Positions 29,263 to 39,298 of a stretch of 53,769 nt of DNA are shown piece by piece. Each line of letters starts with the position of its first letter. Within the stretch, counting starts at the first letter, position 1. Source of the DNA: Promethearchaeota archaeon (GTDB lineage Archaea > Asgardarchaeota > Lokiarchaeia > Sigyniarchaeales > SOKP01); NCBI GenBank assembly GCA_029838195.1, contig JALGVJ010000025.1, positions 1 to 53,769 on the forward strand. Reading direction: 5' to 3'. The notes beneath the pieces are model-generated. The model searched no databases. It had not been told where the DNA came from and was given only the letters and a program-made list of their open reading frames with translations. The position numbers and the translations under genes are program-made.

Positions 29263-31632
29263 ATGTCAGCCCCTTTAAAAGAGGAATACGTGAATCATCC
29301 CCTCATTAGAAAAGAAATAATCAAGAGGCGATCGTATCAGGAAAATATTTTCATAAATTGCCTTAATAAAAATTCATTGGTGGTCATCCCGACGGGTTTA
29401 GGCAAGACAATCATTGCATTAATGCTTGCCGTGCAACGATTAACTGAAATCCCCGATTCTCGAATTATTTTCTTGGCGCCGACAAAACCCTTAGTAGAGC
29501 AACATCATGCTTCCTTTTTAGAGTTTACCACGCTTCCTCAAGAGGAGTTAAAATTAATTACCGGCTCTACACCCCCTCAAAAGAGAGAAAAAATTTGGAA
29601 TGATGTGAAAATCGCCTTCATGACCCCCCAAGTCTTACAAAATGATATTATTTCGAGGATATATTCCTTAGAGGATGTTTCTTTAATCATTTTTGATGAA
29701 TGCCATCGAGCCGTAGGGGATTATGCATACTGCTTCATTGCGAAGAAATACATGCAAGAGGCTAAACAACCGCAAATTTTAGGGCTAACGGCGAGCCCGG
29801 GCTCAACGAAAGAAAAAATAACGGAAATAAAAGAGAATCTCTTTATTGAGCACGTGGAGATTAAGACAGAAACCGATCGTGATGTAAAGCCCTACGTGCA
29901 TGCGATAAAAAATGAGTGGGTCAAGATTAAATTACCTTTAGAGTTTTTGGAAATAAGAAATATTTTAAAAGAAAACCTTAAAAATATTTATAAATCTCTC
30001 AAAAAAATGGATTTAATAAATACCTACGATGTAAATAATGTTACAAGGAAAGACCTTCTCTCATTAGATAGTGTTATTAATAAAAGAATTTCGCAAGCGA
30101 GCACGAATGAGGATAAATTTGAATTATTTGATGCCAAGAAAAAAGTGGCCAATGCCATGCGATTGAGTCACATGATGGAGCTCATTGAAACTCAAGGAAT
30201 TCATGCATTAAATGAATATTTAACGAAAAATCAAAAAAAAATTCAAAAAAATAAGGCAAATAAATCTCTAAAAGAATTGTTTTACACGAAAGACGTGAGA
30301 AGGATAATCTCACTCACGGGCCAAGCCATTTCTAGTGGCATTTACCATCCAAAACTCGAGAAATTAAAAGAGATCCTTCACCAGCAGTTGAAAGAAAATG
30401 AGCATTCCCGCATCCTGGTATTTTGTCATTTTAGGGATAGCGTGAATAATATCGTGAAATTTTTAGAAACTGATGACTTCATACGGGCTCATCGATTCGT
30501 AGGACAGCAAACTAGGGAATCAGATAAAGGACTTTCTCAAAAAGAACAAGTGAAAATCCTCGAAGATTTCAAGCAAGGAATTTATAACGTGTTAATCGCC
30601 ACCAGCGTTGCCGAAGAAGGGTTAGACATAGCAGAGTGTGATCTAGTGGTATTTTATGACGTGGTTCCAAGCGCCATCCGATCCATTCAAAGAAGGGGAA
30701 GAACGGGAAGAAAAAAAGAGGGCAAGGTGCTCATTTTAATGGCAGAAAATACTCGTGATGAGGGCTATTATTGGGCAGAAAAAATTAAAGAAAAAAACAT
30801 GAAACTCAGCTTGAAAGAAATGAGAGCCTCGGAAGCACAAAACAAAACTCATGGAAAAGAACAAAAAGATATCTTGAGTTATTTAAAGAACATGGAAAAC
30901 GATAGGGCGGAATCAGAAACTCCTGGAGGAGAAAAAATCCCAAAAAAGAAGGAGGAATCTCCCCTAACTAAAGAAGAAAAAGACTCTAACGAGATTACAA
31001 TCGTCTGTGATCATCGAGAAACTGCTTCTCCCGTCGTACGAGCGTTATCACTCCAAGGTGTTCGCGTTCAATTAGAACATTTACAAGTTTCCGATTATAT
31101 TCTTTCCAATCGGGTAGGCGTCGAACGTAAAAGCTCAAAAGATTTTAATGATTCCTTAATCGATGGACGTTTATTCAAGGAATTAAAAGAATTAAAAAAT
31201 AATTTCAAAATTCCTATCTTAATTTTAGAAGGAGATCCCTTCACAGACTCCACCGTGACCGAAAATGCCCTCTATGGCGCTTTAACCTCGATCATTTTGA
31301 ATTTTAATGTTTTTATTTATAAAACGGCAAGTCCCGAAGAAACGGCACGCATGCTTCTTGAATTGGCAAAAAAAGAACAAACTAAGAAAGAAACGTCCAT
31401 TAACTTACGCCCTGAAAAAGCCCCCTTTAAAACTTCGGACTTAATGGAATTTATCATTGCAGGCATCCCGGGAGTAAATGCCTCACGAGCTAAAAATTTA
31501 CTTAAAGAATTCAAAACTCTACAAGCGCTTTTCAATTCTGATATTCCCGATCTTACGAAAGTCGAAGGAATCGGAAAATCTATCGCTCAACAAATATATA
31601 AATTAAGCAGGTTTAAATATCAAGAAGAATAA
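29263..31632 (+). CDS. hef: Hef helicase-nuclease (FANCM-like SF2 helicase plus ERCC4/XPF nuclease plus HhH)
   Basis: PTGLGKT, DECH, TASPG, QRRGRTGR, DHRE, VERKSSKD, IPGV/VEGIG. ATG 29263 preferred over TTG 29248. Confidence 0.96.
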   Translation: MSAPLKEEYVNHPLIRKEIIKRRSYQENIFINCLNKNSLVVIPTGLGKTIIALMLAVQRLTEIPDSRIIFLAPTKPLVEQHHASFLEFTTLPQEELKLITGSTPPQKREKIWNDVKIAFMTPQVLQNDIISRIYSLEDVSLIIFDECHRAVGDYAYCFIAKKYMQEAKQPQILGLTASPGSTKEKITEIKENLFIEHVEIKTETDRDVKPYVHAIKNEWVKIKLPLEFLEIRNILKENLKNIYKSLKKMDLINTYDVNNVTRKDLLSLDSVINKRISQASTNEDKFELFDAKKKVANAMRLSHMMELIETQGIHALNEYLTKNQKKIQKNKANKSLKELFYTKDVRRIISLTGQAISSGIYHPKLEKLKEILHQQLKENEHSRILVFCHFRDSVNNIVKFLETDDFIRAHRFVGQQTRESDKGLSQKEQVKILEDFKQGIYNVLIATSVAEEGLDIAECDLVVFYDVVPSAIRSIQRRGRTGRKKEGKVLILMAENTRDEGYYWAEKIKEKNMKLSLKEMRASEAQNKTHGKEQKDILSYLKNMENDRAESETPGGEKIPKKKEESPLTKEEKDSNEITIVCDHRETASPVVRALSLQGVRVQLEHLQVSDYILSNRVGVERKSSKDFNDSLIDGRLFKELKELKNNFKIPILILEGDPFTDSTVTENALYGALTSIILNFNVFIYKTASPEETARMLLELAKKEQTKKETSINLRPEKAPFKTSDLMEFIIAGIPGVNASRAKNLLKEFKTLQALFNSDIPDLTKVEGIGKSIAQQIYKLSRFKYQEE

Positions 31633-32059
31633 TGAAATTAAAAATAATTGGATAAACCTCCTTTTATTTATCCATGTAATGTTTCGATTTCTATTTATTT
31701 TGGTTTATTATCTAAAACATTCTTATAATTCGTCCTCCCATGTATTCAATTTTCATCTTTTAAAATGATTAAGCGAAAAATTTATTAATCGCCATCCTTA
31801 TAAAAAAATTTTTTACTATATTAATTCTTCCCTCTTGCTAATACATTTTTAATATGATTAAACAAAAAAACTCACATGACTATTTCATGCAAATATTTCT
31901 GAGAAAATGCGGTTAAAAAAATTAAAAATATTTTATGTAGGGTATAAAAAATCGTTTAATAATAAGAATAGATATTTTTTAATATTCAATGAAACATAAA
32001 TAATATAAGATAACGATTTTCTTTTTTCAGTTTAAATGCCATGAGGGAGTGGGTCGAAA

Positions 32060-32647
32060 ATTATAAAATTTAAAATTGTCGTAGCGGGCGCAAAAAACGT
32101 GGGAAAAACATCACTCATCCGAAGATATGCCACCGGTAAATTTGAAACTTCAACATTAAGTACTATTGGTGTTGATTTTGAGACCAAAAAAATAACGGTC
32201 GATGATATGGATATTCTTTTGAGCATTTGGGATTTTGCAGGAGAGGAAAAATTTCGTATATTATTCCCATCTTATGTTTCTGGAGCCTCTGGGGCTTTAT
32301 TGCTCTACGACATCACAAATAGGGAAAGCTTATTAGATCTTCGGGATTGGATGAAGGTCATAACCTCTGTTCCGTATCCACCGAAAACAAAATTATTACT
32401 TGAAACAAAACTTGATTTAAAAAAGGATCGGAAAGTAAAGATCAAGGAAGCAAGAAAATTTCTCAATGAATTCGATTTTCAAGGGGATATCATCGGAACA
32501 TCGGCAAAAACAGGAGAAGGCGTGGAGGAAGCATTTGAATTATTAGGAAGGGAGTTATTAAAATATTCTCTCAGCGAATGCCCAAACTGTGGTAAGCCAT
32601 TTCCCTTAGAACTTAAATTTTGTCAGTATTGTGGGAAAAAAAGGTAA
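32060..32647 (+). CDS. Rab-like small GTPase with C-terminal zinc ribbon (start uncertain)
   Basis: The frame is open from 32045: KFKIVVAGAKNVGKTS (G1), STIGVDF, WDFAGEEKF, TKLD, TSAK, CPNC..CQYC. The track start (32099) lies inside the P-loop. Confidence 0.9.
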   Translation: MIKFKIVVAGAKNVGKTSLIRRYATGKFETSTLSTIGVDFETKKITVDDMDILLSIWDFAGEEKFRILFPSYVSGASGALLLYDITNRESLLDLRDWMKVITSVPYPPKTKLLLETKLDLKKDRKVKIKEARKFLNEFDFQGDIIGTSAKTGEGVEEAFELLGRELLKYSLSECPNCGKPFPLELKFCQYCGKKR

Positions 32648-32778
32648 AAATGGGCGTTTATTAAATATTTTTTTAACTTATTTTTCATGAAATAGGAATA
32701 AAAGTCCTTTCATTTAAAAAAGAATATAATTGAGTGAATATTTACTTTATAAAATATAGAGAAGATATGAATTAAACG

Positions 32779-33886
32779 ATGATTCAAAAGCATTATAACT
32801 TTCAAGAGGACATTCAAGAAATCATACGTCGTATTGAAAAAGATGGCATTTCATTCAAGGACAAGATGATTCTCGTAACGGGAGGTGCGGGATTTCTTGG
32901 TTCTTGGGTCTGTGATGTACTGGTAGCTCAAGGAGCTTATTGTATTTGTTTGGATAACTTGAGTTCTGGGCGGTTTGAGAACATTGCTCACCTGCAAGAC
33001 GAGGAGAATTTTCGGTTCATCAATCATGATATAAGCGATCCAATTTATTTTGGGTTAACGCATCACCCAAATGGCGTTTGCATAGGAGAGGTAAAAAAGA
33101 TTGACATTGTTATGCACATGGCAAGTCGGGCATCACCGTTTGAATTTCAGAAATACCCAATTGAAATCATCAAGAGCAACACGTTAGGAACAATGAATGC
33201 TTTAGAGATTGCGAAAGCACACAATGCCATATTTTTTTACACGAGTACCAGTGAAGTATATGGAAATCCGCCTCCGGAACATGTTCCAACTCCAGAGACC
33301 TATTTTGGCCATGTAAATCTTGCATGAAATCCATGCAATGAGCAGAAATCCGGTCGGTCCCAGGAGTTGTTATGACGAGTCAAAAAGAGCGGGAGAAGCA
33401 ATAATAAAGGCATATGAGTTGCAGCATGATTTAAATACAAAGATCGTAAGAATCTTTAACACGTCGGGTCCACGCATTCGCCATGGGCCGGAGTTTGGTA
33501 GAGTTATTCCCAATTTTATTTACCAAGCCCTAAATAATGAAGATCTCACGGTATTTGGGGATGGTTCACAAACGCGTTCTTTTACCTATGTTGTAGATGA
33601 GATCGAAGGCATTTTAAAAATTGTTGGGAGAAAAGAGACATTAGGAGAGGTTATTAACTTGGGGAATAACCAAGAATTTACCATTTTAGAACTTGCAAAA
33701 CTGATCATCGAGCTCACGAATTCCGAATCAAAAATTACCTTTCTACCCTTACCCATTGATGATCCTGCTCGACGCTGTCCCGTATTGGAGAAGGCAAAAA
33801 AACTCATAAATTGGGAGCCAACAACTCCATTAAAGGAGGGTTTAAGAAAAACGATAGCATGGTTTAAAGATAATGACTTCGAATGA
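32779..33886 (+). CDS. UDP-glucuronate decarboxylase-like NAD-dependent epimerase/dehydratase, interrupted by a 31-nt insert (track ORFs 32779-33327 and 33320-33886)
   Basis: TGGAGFLGS, HMASRASP and STSEVYG in ORF1; NPVGPRSCYDESKR, RIFNT.GP and GDGSQTRSF in ORF2. Removing 31 nt gives one 358-aa frame. Confidence 0.9.
33317..33347 (+). other. 31-nt structured insert; candidate BHB-type mRNA intron
   Basis: Contains the hairpin TTGCATG-AAATC-CATGCAA and is bounded by the direct repeat AAATC (33315-19, 33346-50). Excision restores GTA AAT CCG. The insert itself is clear; its identity as an intron is inferred. Confidence 0.5.
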
Positions 33887-34400
33887 ACGAAAGAATCAAA
33901 AAAAAAGTAAAATTTCCAGTTCGAAGATTTTTCAAAAATTATTAACCATCTGCTTGCTTGGAGGAATTGTTATTCTTTCAGGTTTAATTATATTTTACAT
34001 TTCTAATCCTGAACCAGGGTATTATGATTTTGGAATCTTGAATTCCGAAAAAAAAGCAGAGGATTACCCCACTTCCGCTCATGTAAGAGAGAAAATTGAA
34101 TTTTACGTACATGTTGAAAATCATTTATATCGCAACTTTACTTTTCAAATTAGAATTCTCACGGGAGATGAATACACGCAATTAAGCTCTAATGGTTCAG
34201 AAAATGCAAGATTGAGGTATAAAGTGGGAAATGTCACTTTAATAGAGGGTCAGAAATGGCTCTCTCCAAAATTATGGGCAACATTTAATACGCCGGGTGA
34301 AAATAAACTAATTATTGTGGAATTATGGGAAATTACCAATAGTAATGAGGTTGTTTTTAGAGATATTTTATGGTTGCGCTTGACAATAGTTCCTCGATGA
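33873..34400 (+). CDS. DUF1616-like membrane-anchored protein
   Basis: Single N-terminal TM, FGILNSEKKAEDYPT, VENH, C-terminal LWLRLTI. Start overlaps the upstream stop. Confidence 0.7.
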   Translation: MTSNERKNQKKSKISSSKIFQKLLTICLLGGIVILSGLIIFYISNPEPGYYDFGILNSEKKAEDYPTSAHVREKIEFYVHVENHLYRNFTFQIRILTGDEYTQLSSNGSENARLRYKVGNVTLIEGQKWLSPKLWATFNTPGENKLIIVELWEITNSNEVVFRDILWLRLTIVPR

Positions 34401-34411
34401 ACCAGAATTGG

Positions 34412-35785
34412 TTATCCCGACCCGATGATGTTAACATCTTCAATTTTAACGTAAGGCGCTCGATAAGGCCCATAAATCTCTATTTCTTTTGATACCATCG
34501 AAATCTTTTTAAATAAATCTAAAAGATTAATACCAATCATTGTTTCATTTAAAGGCGTTTTAATTTCACCGTCAAGGATCAAATTTCCCATTAAGATTAA
34601 CCCTGAAAAATCTCCCGTGGCAATGTTGGGAGAATCACCCGTATATTCAAACCAGATCCCTCTTTTAATACTTGTAAGCAATTCTTCTTTGGAGGCTGTT
34701 CCCGGTTCTAATATAAAATTAGTAATTCCAATAGAAGGAAATCTCGCATAAGAATTTCTGCTCGCATTTCCCGTGCTTTCAATGCCTTCTTTTCCAGCCG
34801 TATAACTATTATGGAGCAGTCCTTCTTTAAGAAAAGTCCCCTTTTCTAGGATTACTTTATTTTGACAAGGAACGCCTTCTCCATCAAATTTAGAAGAGCC
34901 GGTAGCTCCTGGAATTAATCCCTCATCCTTTATCGTGAGCAAATTACTTCCTATTTTTTCACCTCGTTTTCCCACGAGAAAACTTCTCTTATATTGAAAA
35001 GTCTCTCCATTTACGGCAGATGATAACGGATTTAAAATCAGATTGATCACGCCTTTTGGTGTCAATATCACGGGGGCTTTCATGCTTTTTATTTTCTTTC
35101 TATTCAAATTTCTTTTAGCATTACTAAGAGCTTTTTCTGCTGTTTCTTGGATTCGGAGATCTTTTAACTTTCTTACTGATTGCCATTCAAATCCAGAAGA
35201 ACTATCTTTCGTAGTCTTGTCTTTCACCACGATTTCCGATGAAACTGAAACTAATGTTTTTTTTCCTTCTATTTCTAAACCATTAGAATTAAGGATAATT
35301 AGGTCCTTGGAATTGGTAGAAAGCTCTCCTGATTGAGAAATTGCTTGCTCATCTTCCTCACAAACAGTTATCATGCTTTTTATTTTTCCCATGGCATCTT
35401 CTAGTGTCAAATGTTCTATTTGTTTATCAAAAAGATCTTTCACATTTGGATAGTTCTTGTATGATGAGGGTAAACATTTATAATCAAGATCCCCGGTACC
35501 CAGATGCATCAACTTGAGAGCATCGTTTATAATTTTGATAAAAATTTTTTTATTTAATCTATTCGTGTATGCAAATCCCATTGAGCCATTTTTATTTATG
35601 ACCCGAATGCTTATGCCCTCGTCTATTCCCATTTGAGAATGCTTGATGGAATTTTCTTCAATTTCAATTGTCAAATATCGTGACTTGCTATAAAAAATCT
35701 CCACGCTGTCCAAGTTAGAACCTACCCGCTCCGTATGTTCTAATCCAAACCGAGCAAGTGCATGGATATCTACTTCCCCTGCCAT
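34412..35785 (-). CDS. pmbA: TldE/PmbA family protein
   Basis: FDGEGVP, STGNASR, TGDFS; no HExxxH; adjacent to tldD. Confidence 0.9.
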   Translation of the reverse strand: MAGEVDIHALARFGLEHTERVGSNLDSVEIFYSKSRYLTIEIEENSIKHSQMGIDEGISIRVINKNGSMGFAYTNRLNKKIFIKIINDALKLMHLGTGDLDYKCLPSSYKNYPNVKDLFDKQIEHLTLEDAMGKIKSMITVCEEDEQAISQSGELSTNSKDLIILNSNGLEIEGKKTLVSVSSEIVVKDKTTKDSSSGFEWQSVRKLKDLRIQETAEKALSNAKRNLNRKKIKSMKAPVILTPKGVINLILNPLSSAVNGETFQYKRSFLVGKRGEKIGSNLLTIKDEGLIPGATGSSKFDGEGVPCQNKVILEKGTFLKEGLLHNSYTAGKEGIESTGNASRNSYARFPSIGITNFILEPGTASKEELLTSIKRGIWFEYTGDSPNIATGDFSGLILMGNLILDGEIKTPLNETMIGINLLDLFKKISMVSKEIEIYGPYRAPYVKIEDVNIIGSG

Positions 35786-37252
35786 TCAATTTAAACCTCC
35801 TACGGTAACATTTCGAATTAAAACGGGTGGACCTCCATCACATACTCTAACGCCTTGTCCTTGTTTTCCACAAACTCCATCAGAAAATCCCATTTCTTCC
35901 TTAGAGCCTATTCCTCCGATTTTATTTAGAATTTCTAAAATCATACCGGATAAGGATACATCTCTCATGAGTTCTCTTGTTTCACCATTCTTTATGGCAT
36001 GGGATAATTTACACTTGAACTGGAAATTTCCTGTTATGGGGTCTGTATATCCATATTGAAAATCCTTGCAAAATAATCCTTCCTTTACATCTTCGATCAT
36101 TTCTTCTAACGTCCAATCTTGAGGTTCTAATAACGTGATGCCCATTCTAACAAGGGGTCTATCTGAGGTAGAAGCAGCCCTTCCATGCCCGTTGGGAGGT
36201 AGATTCATCCTGGAAGCAGTTTCAATGTCATGTAGGTAATTTACTAAAATTCCATTCTTGATCAAATACGTTTTTTGAGCAAGAATACCCTCTTCATCGA
36301 CGAAATAACTGCCAAATAATTCATGAGGAATATGAAATAATTTTCCCTTTCCCATGGTAGGATCATCAATGATATTAACGGAATCATCGGCTACTTTCTT
36401 GCCTAAACAGCCTTTTAGCAAGCTTTGATCGTTCAATATAGCATCTGCTTCACAAGCGTGTCCAAATGCCTCGTGGATCATGACTCCCGCTAATTTTGGG
36501 TCCATGATGATGTCAAACGTGCCGCCAGGAGGGGATTTCGCATCGAGTAAATCCAAAGCTTCCCTTGCTGTCTTTGAACTTAATTTTTGAGCTTGGTCGG
36601 TACTAAATATTTCAAACCCTCCTAACCCTCCCACAGAATTCGTTGCTTTTTGAATAATTCCATTTTTTTGTGCATGTACGATATTAAATAATCGCAACAA
36701 GCTCACGTATTGCTTGATATCACTTCCATTGGAATCTTGAAAAAGAGTAAATTCCTCCCGATCCATGTAATATGTTCTCGTGTTTTTCACGAGGGGAGAA
36801 TAGCCTGAAGATGTGGCTTCATGGACCTTGACTAGTTCAATCTTATCTTCGATATCTACATCTTTTAAAGGTTTTCGTGCCCGGAGCTCGAATTCTTTTA
36901 TCAAGGGATCTCGTTTTATGAGGCTAAATTTATTTGGGGTCAATCGCTCCGATAGCTGAGCCATTTTAATCGTTTTTTCAAAAGCATTAATTAGACTTTC
37001 TTTAGAGAGGTCTTTTATCACAGTGAATCCCCACCCTCCCCTCACGAATGCTCTAATACCGCATTCTAAAATCTCCAAGGAAGAGATCTCCTTGCTTTTT
37101 TGATTAGTAAAATCTAATATTGTTCCTCTATTCAATTCACAGCGAAGATCCCAATATTCAATATTATTTTTAGCAAGTGCATGAAATTTTTCCCGTAATC
37201 CATCATTAAAAACCTTAAACTCATCAATATTTTCCAAATTCATCTCTCCCAA
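35786..37252 (-). CDS. tldD: TldD family metalloprotease
   Basis: HEAFGHACEAD, DEEG, NGHGR, CGKQGQ, GGP. Confidence 0.93.
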   Translation of the reverse strand: MGEMNLENIDEFKVFNDGLREKFHALAKNNIEYWDLRCELNRGTILDFTNQKSKEISSLEILECGIRAFVRGGWGFTVIKDLSKESLINAFEKTIKMAQLSERLTPNKFSLIKRDPLIKEFELRARKPLKDVDIEDKIELVKVHEATSSGYSPLVKNTRTYYMDREEFTLFQDSNGSDIKQYVSLLRLFNIVHAQKNGIIQKATNSVGGLGGFEIFSTDQAQKLSSKTAREALDLLDAKSPPGGTFDIIMDPKLAGVMIHEAFGHACEADAILNDQSLLKGCLGKKVADDSVNIIDDPTMGKGKLFHIPHELFGSYFVDEEGILAQKTYLIKNGILVNYLHDIETASRMNLPPNGHGRAASTSDRPLVRMGITLLEPQDWTLEEMIEDVKEGLFCKDFQYGYTDPITGNFQFKCKLSHAIKNGETRELMRDVSLSGMILEILNKIGGIGSKEEMGFSDGVCGKQGQGVRVCDGGPPVLIRNVTVGGLN

Positions 37253-37379
37253 TCAAATTTTCGAAGCATAATAATGCAAATTTCCATTTTTCTTTATAAA
37301 GAAAAAATCGAGTACTTGCTTTTTGTATTTTATAAAAAAATTTGAAGCTTGTTTTAAAAAGTTTCGTATTTTCAATTAT

Positions 37380-37628
37380 TTAAGAAAGGAAACGACGCGG
37401 GACTTTCATGGTTTGGAATTTTAACACCATGTTTTCAAGTTTTCCTTCTTTTAACTTTTTCATAATAGCAATCGCTTGATGGGGAGAACACTTCTTAGAA
37501 AACTTGGTGGCGGAATTGAATTGAAAGGTCTTATTACACGACAGGCATTTTTTTTTCTTTATCTTCTGAGCAGAATAATGCCAATATCCACAATGATAAC
37601 AGCGATAAAAATAATACAAATTATTCAT
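37380..37628 (-). CDS. Small zinc-ribbon protein (DUF1922-like)
   Basis: YRCYHCG...KKKKCLSCNK. Confidence 0.65.
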   Translation of the reverse strand: MNNLYYFYRCYHCGYWHYSAQKIKKKKCLSCNKTFQFNSATKFSKKCSPHQAIAIMKKLKEGKLENMVLKFQTMKVPRRFLS

Positions 37629-37925
37629 GGATAAATCCTTAAATTTAATTAATGGGGTTAAATTTTTAAATAACGATTTTTATTTTATTCTACGAGTGCA
37701 ATTCTTAACTATTCATTCTTCATTGAAGATTACCTGTCGTGTGAGGTAAAGCTCTATCGTGATAAAAAATTTTTAGATTTTAAACACCCAGAGAGATAAG
37801 GATTTCTAATTTCTTTTCAAACCTCTTTAACTATTAACTCGTGAAGTTAATAAGGCGCAAATAAAAAAGATAATAATATATTTCATCTTATTTTCAACTA
37901 AAGAATTGTTTTATCAGTTAATGGT

Positions 37926-39284
37926 ATGTCGCACGAATTTATTCATCCTATAGAAACAAGATATAGAACGGAAATCGCTCGATATTTTACGGAAGAGAAC
38001 AAGCTGGAAAAATGGCTTCAAGTAGAAGCTGCCTTAGCGATTGCCCATGCAAAAGTGGGGACAATACCCCTTCAAGCGGCAGAAGAAATCAAGAAAAAGG
38101 CGAATTTACAACACGTCAAATTAGAACGGGTAAAAGAAATAGATAAAGAAATCCATCATGATCTCATGGCGATGGTAAAAGCATTAGCTGAACAATGCGA
38201 AGGTGATGCTGAAAAATACGTGCATTTGGGAGCCACTAGTTATGACATCGAAGACACGGCTCTTGCCCTTATCTTGCGGGATGCGTTGCTCCATGTTAAA
38301 TCAAGAATTATTGAATTGATAAAGATCTTTATCAATTTAATGAAAAAAACCATCAATCTCGTATGCATAGGAAGAACTCACGGTCAGCATGCCATCCCCA
38401 CAACCTACGGAATGCGATTTGGTGTATGGGCATATGAACTTCATGGTCACGTGGAAAGGATAGATGAAGCACTCCCACGGATTTCTCACGGAAAAATGTC
38501 GGGAGCCGTGGGTACCATGGCAAGTTTTGGAGATGTAGGAGAAAAAATTCAAGAAATTGTCATGAAAGAATTAAATCTTAAACCTGTATTAATTGCTAAT
38601 CAAATCATTCAAAGAGATCGTCATGCAGAGGTTCTATTTTTAACTACTTTAATAGGTCAAACTTTAGCAAAAATCGCACGACAAAACCGGATCTTACAAA
38701 GAAATGAGATCGCTGAAATGTTTGAACCCTTTAAGAGAAAGCAAGTCGGAAGTTCTACCATGCCCCATAAGCGAAATCCGCACAAGTCCGAAAGAATCTG
38801 CAGCTTAGCTAGAATCTTAAAATCGAACATGATTGTCGCATTAGATAACATGATTTTGGAAGACGAAAGAGATTTGACCAACTCTGCCTCGGAAAGAGTA
38901 ATTTTTGCTGAAAATTTTGTTTTCTTGGATTTTATGCTTGAAGAATTGAGTAAAAACATGAAAAATATTGAATTAAATCAAAAAAATATCAAGAAAAACC
39001 TAAATTTAACGAAAGGAGCTTGCATGGCAGAACGGCTCATGATGGAATTAGTTAAAAGAGGAATCGGTCGGCAAAAAGGACATGAACTTCTCAGAAAAGC
39101 GGCCATTCAAGCCAGGCAAGAAGGCAAGCACATGAAAGAAATCCTCCATGAAAACGAAGAAATCAAAAAGAGATTTACAATAGAAGAATTGGATGAATTA
39201 TTCGATCCGCATCAATATATCGGTACGGCAGTTTCGCAAGTAGAAAATTTAATCTCGTTTCTTAGCCAAAAATACATCATGTAA
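37926..39284 (+). CDS. purB: Adenylosuccinate lyase
   Basis: HHDLMA, VHLGATSYD, GRTHGQHA, GSSTMPHKRNP. Confidence 0.97.
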   Translation: MSHEFIHPIETRYRTEIARYFTEENKLEKWLQVEAALAIAHAKVGTIPLQAAEEIKKKANLQHVKLERVKEIDKEIHHDLMAMVKALAEQCEGDAEKYVHLGATSYDIEDTALALILRDALLHVKSRIIELIKIFINLMKKTINLVCIGRTHGQHAIPTTYGMRFGVWAYELHGHVERIDEALPRISHGKMSGAVGTMASFGDVGEKIQEIVMKELNLKPVLIANQIIQRDRHAEVLFLTTLIGQTLAKIARQNRILQRNEIAEMFEPFKRKQVGSSTMPHKRNPHKSERICSLARILKSNMIVALDNMILEDERDLTNSASERVIFAENFVFLDFMLEELSKNMKNIELNQKNIKKNLNLTKGACMAERLMMELVKRGIGRQKGHELLRKAAIQARQEGKHMKEILHENEEIKKRFTIEELDELFDPHQYIGTAVSQVENLISFLSQKYIM

Positions 39285-39298
39285 TTAATACCATTATC

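Noticed and set aside
31989-32068. ATG AAA CAT AAA could be spliced to TTT AAA ATT to give MKHKFKIVV for the GTPase
   Set aside because: No BHB-like central helix at the required junctions; simpler explanations exist.
32686-32714. Hairpin ATGAA-AT-AGGA-ATAAAAG-TCCT-TTCAT after the GTPase gene, considered as a SECIS
   Set aside because: The AUGA pairs Watson-Crick with UCAU and there is no 3' GA for the tandem G.A core; the stem is too short.
33040-33090. In-frame extra segment (GLTHHPNGVCIG) in the decarboxylase gene with hairpin TTTGGGT/ACCCAAA, considered as a second intron
   Set aside because: The frame is preserved, there is no stop, and I could not build a 3-nt bulge with a 4-bp helix. 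It is more simply a protein loop.
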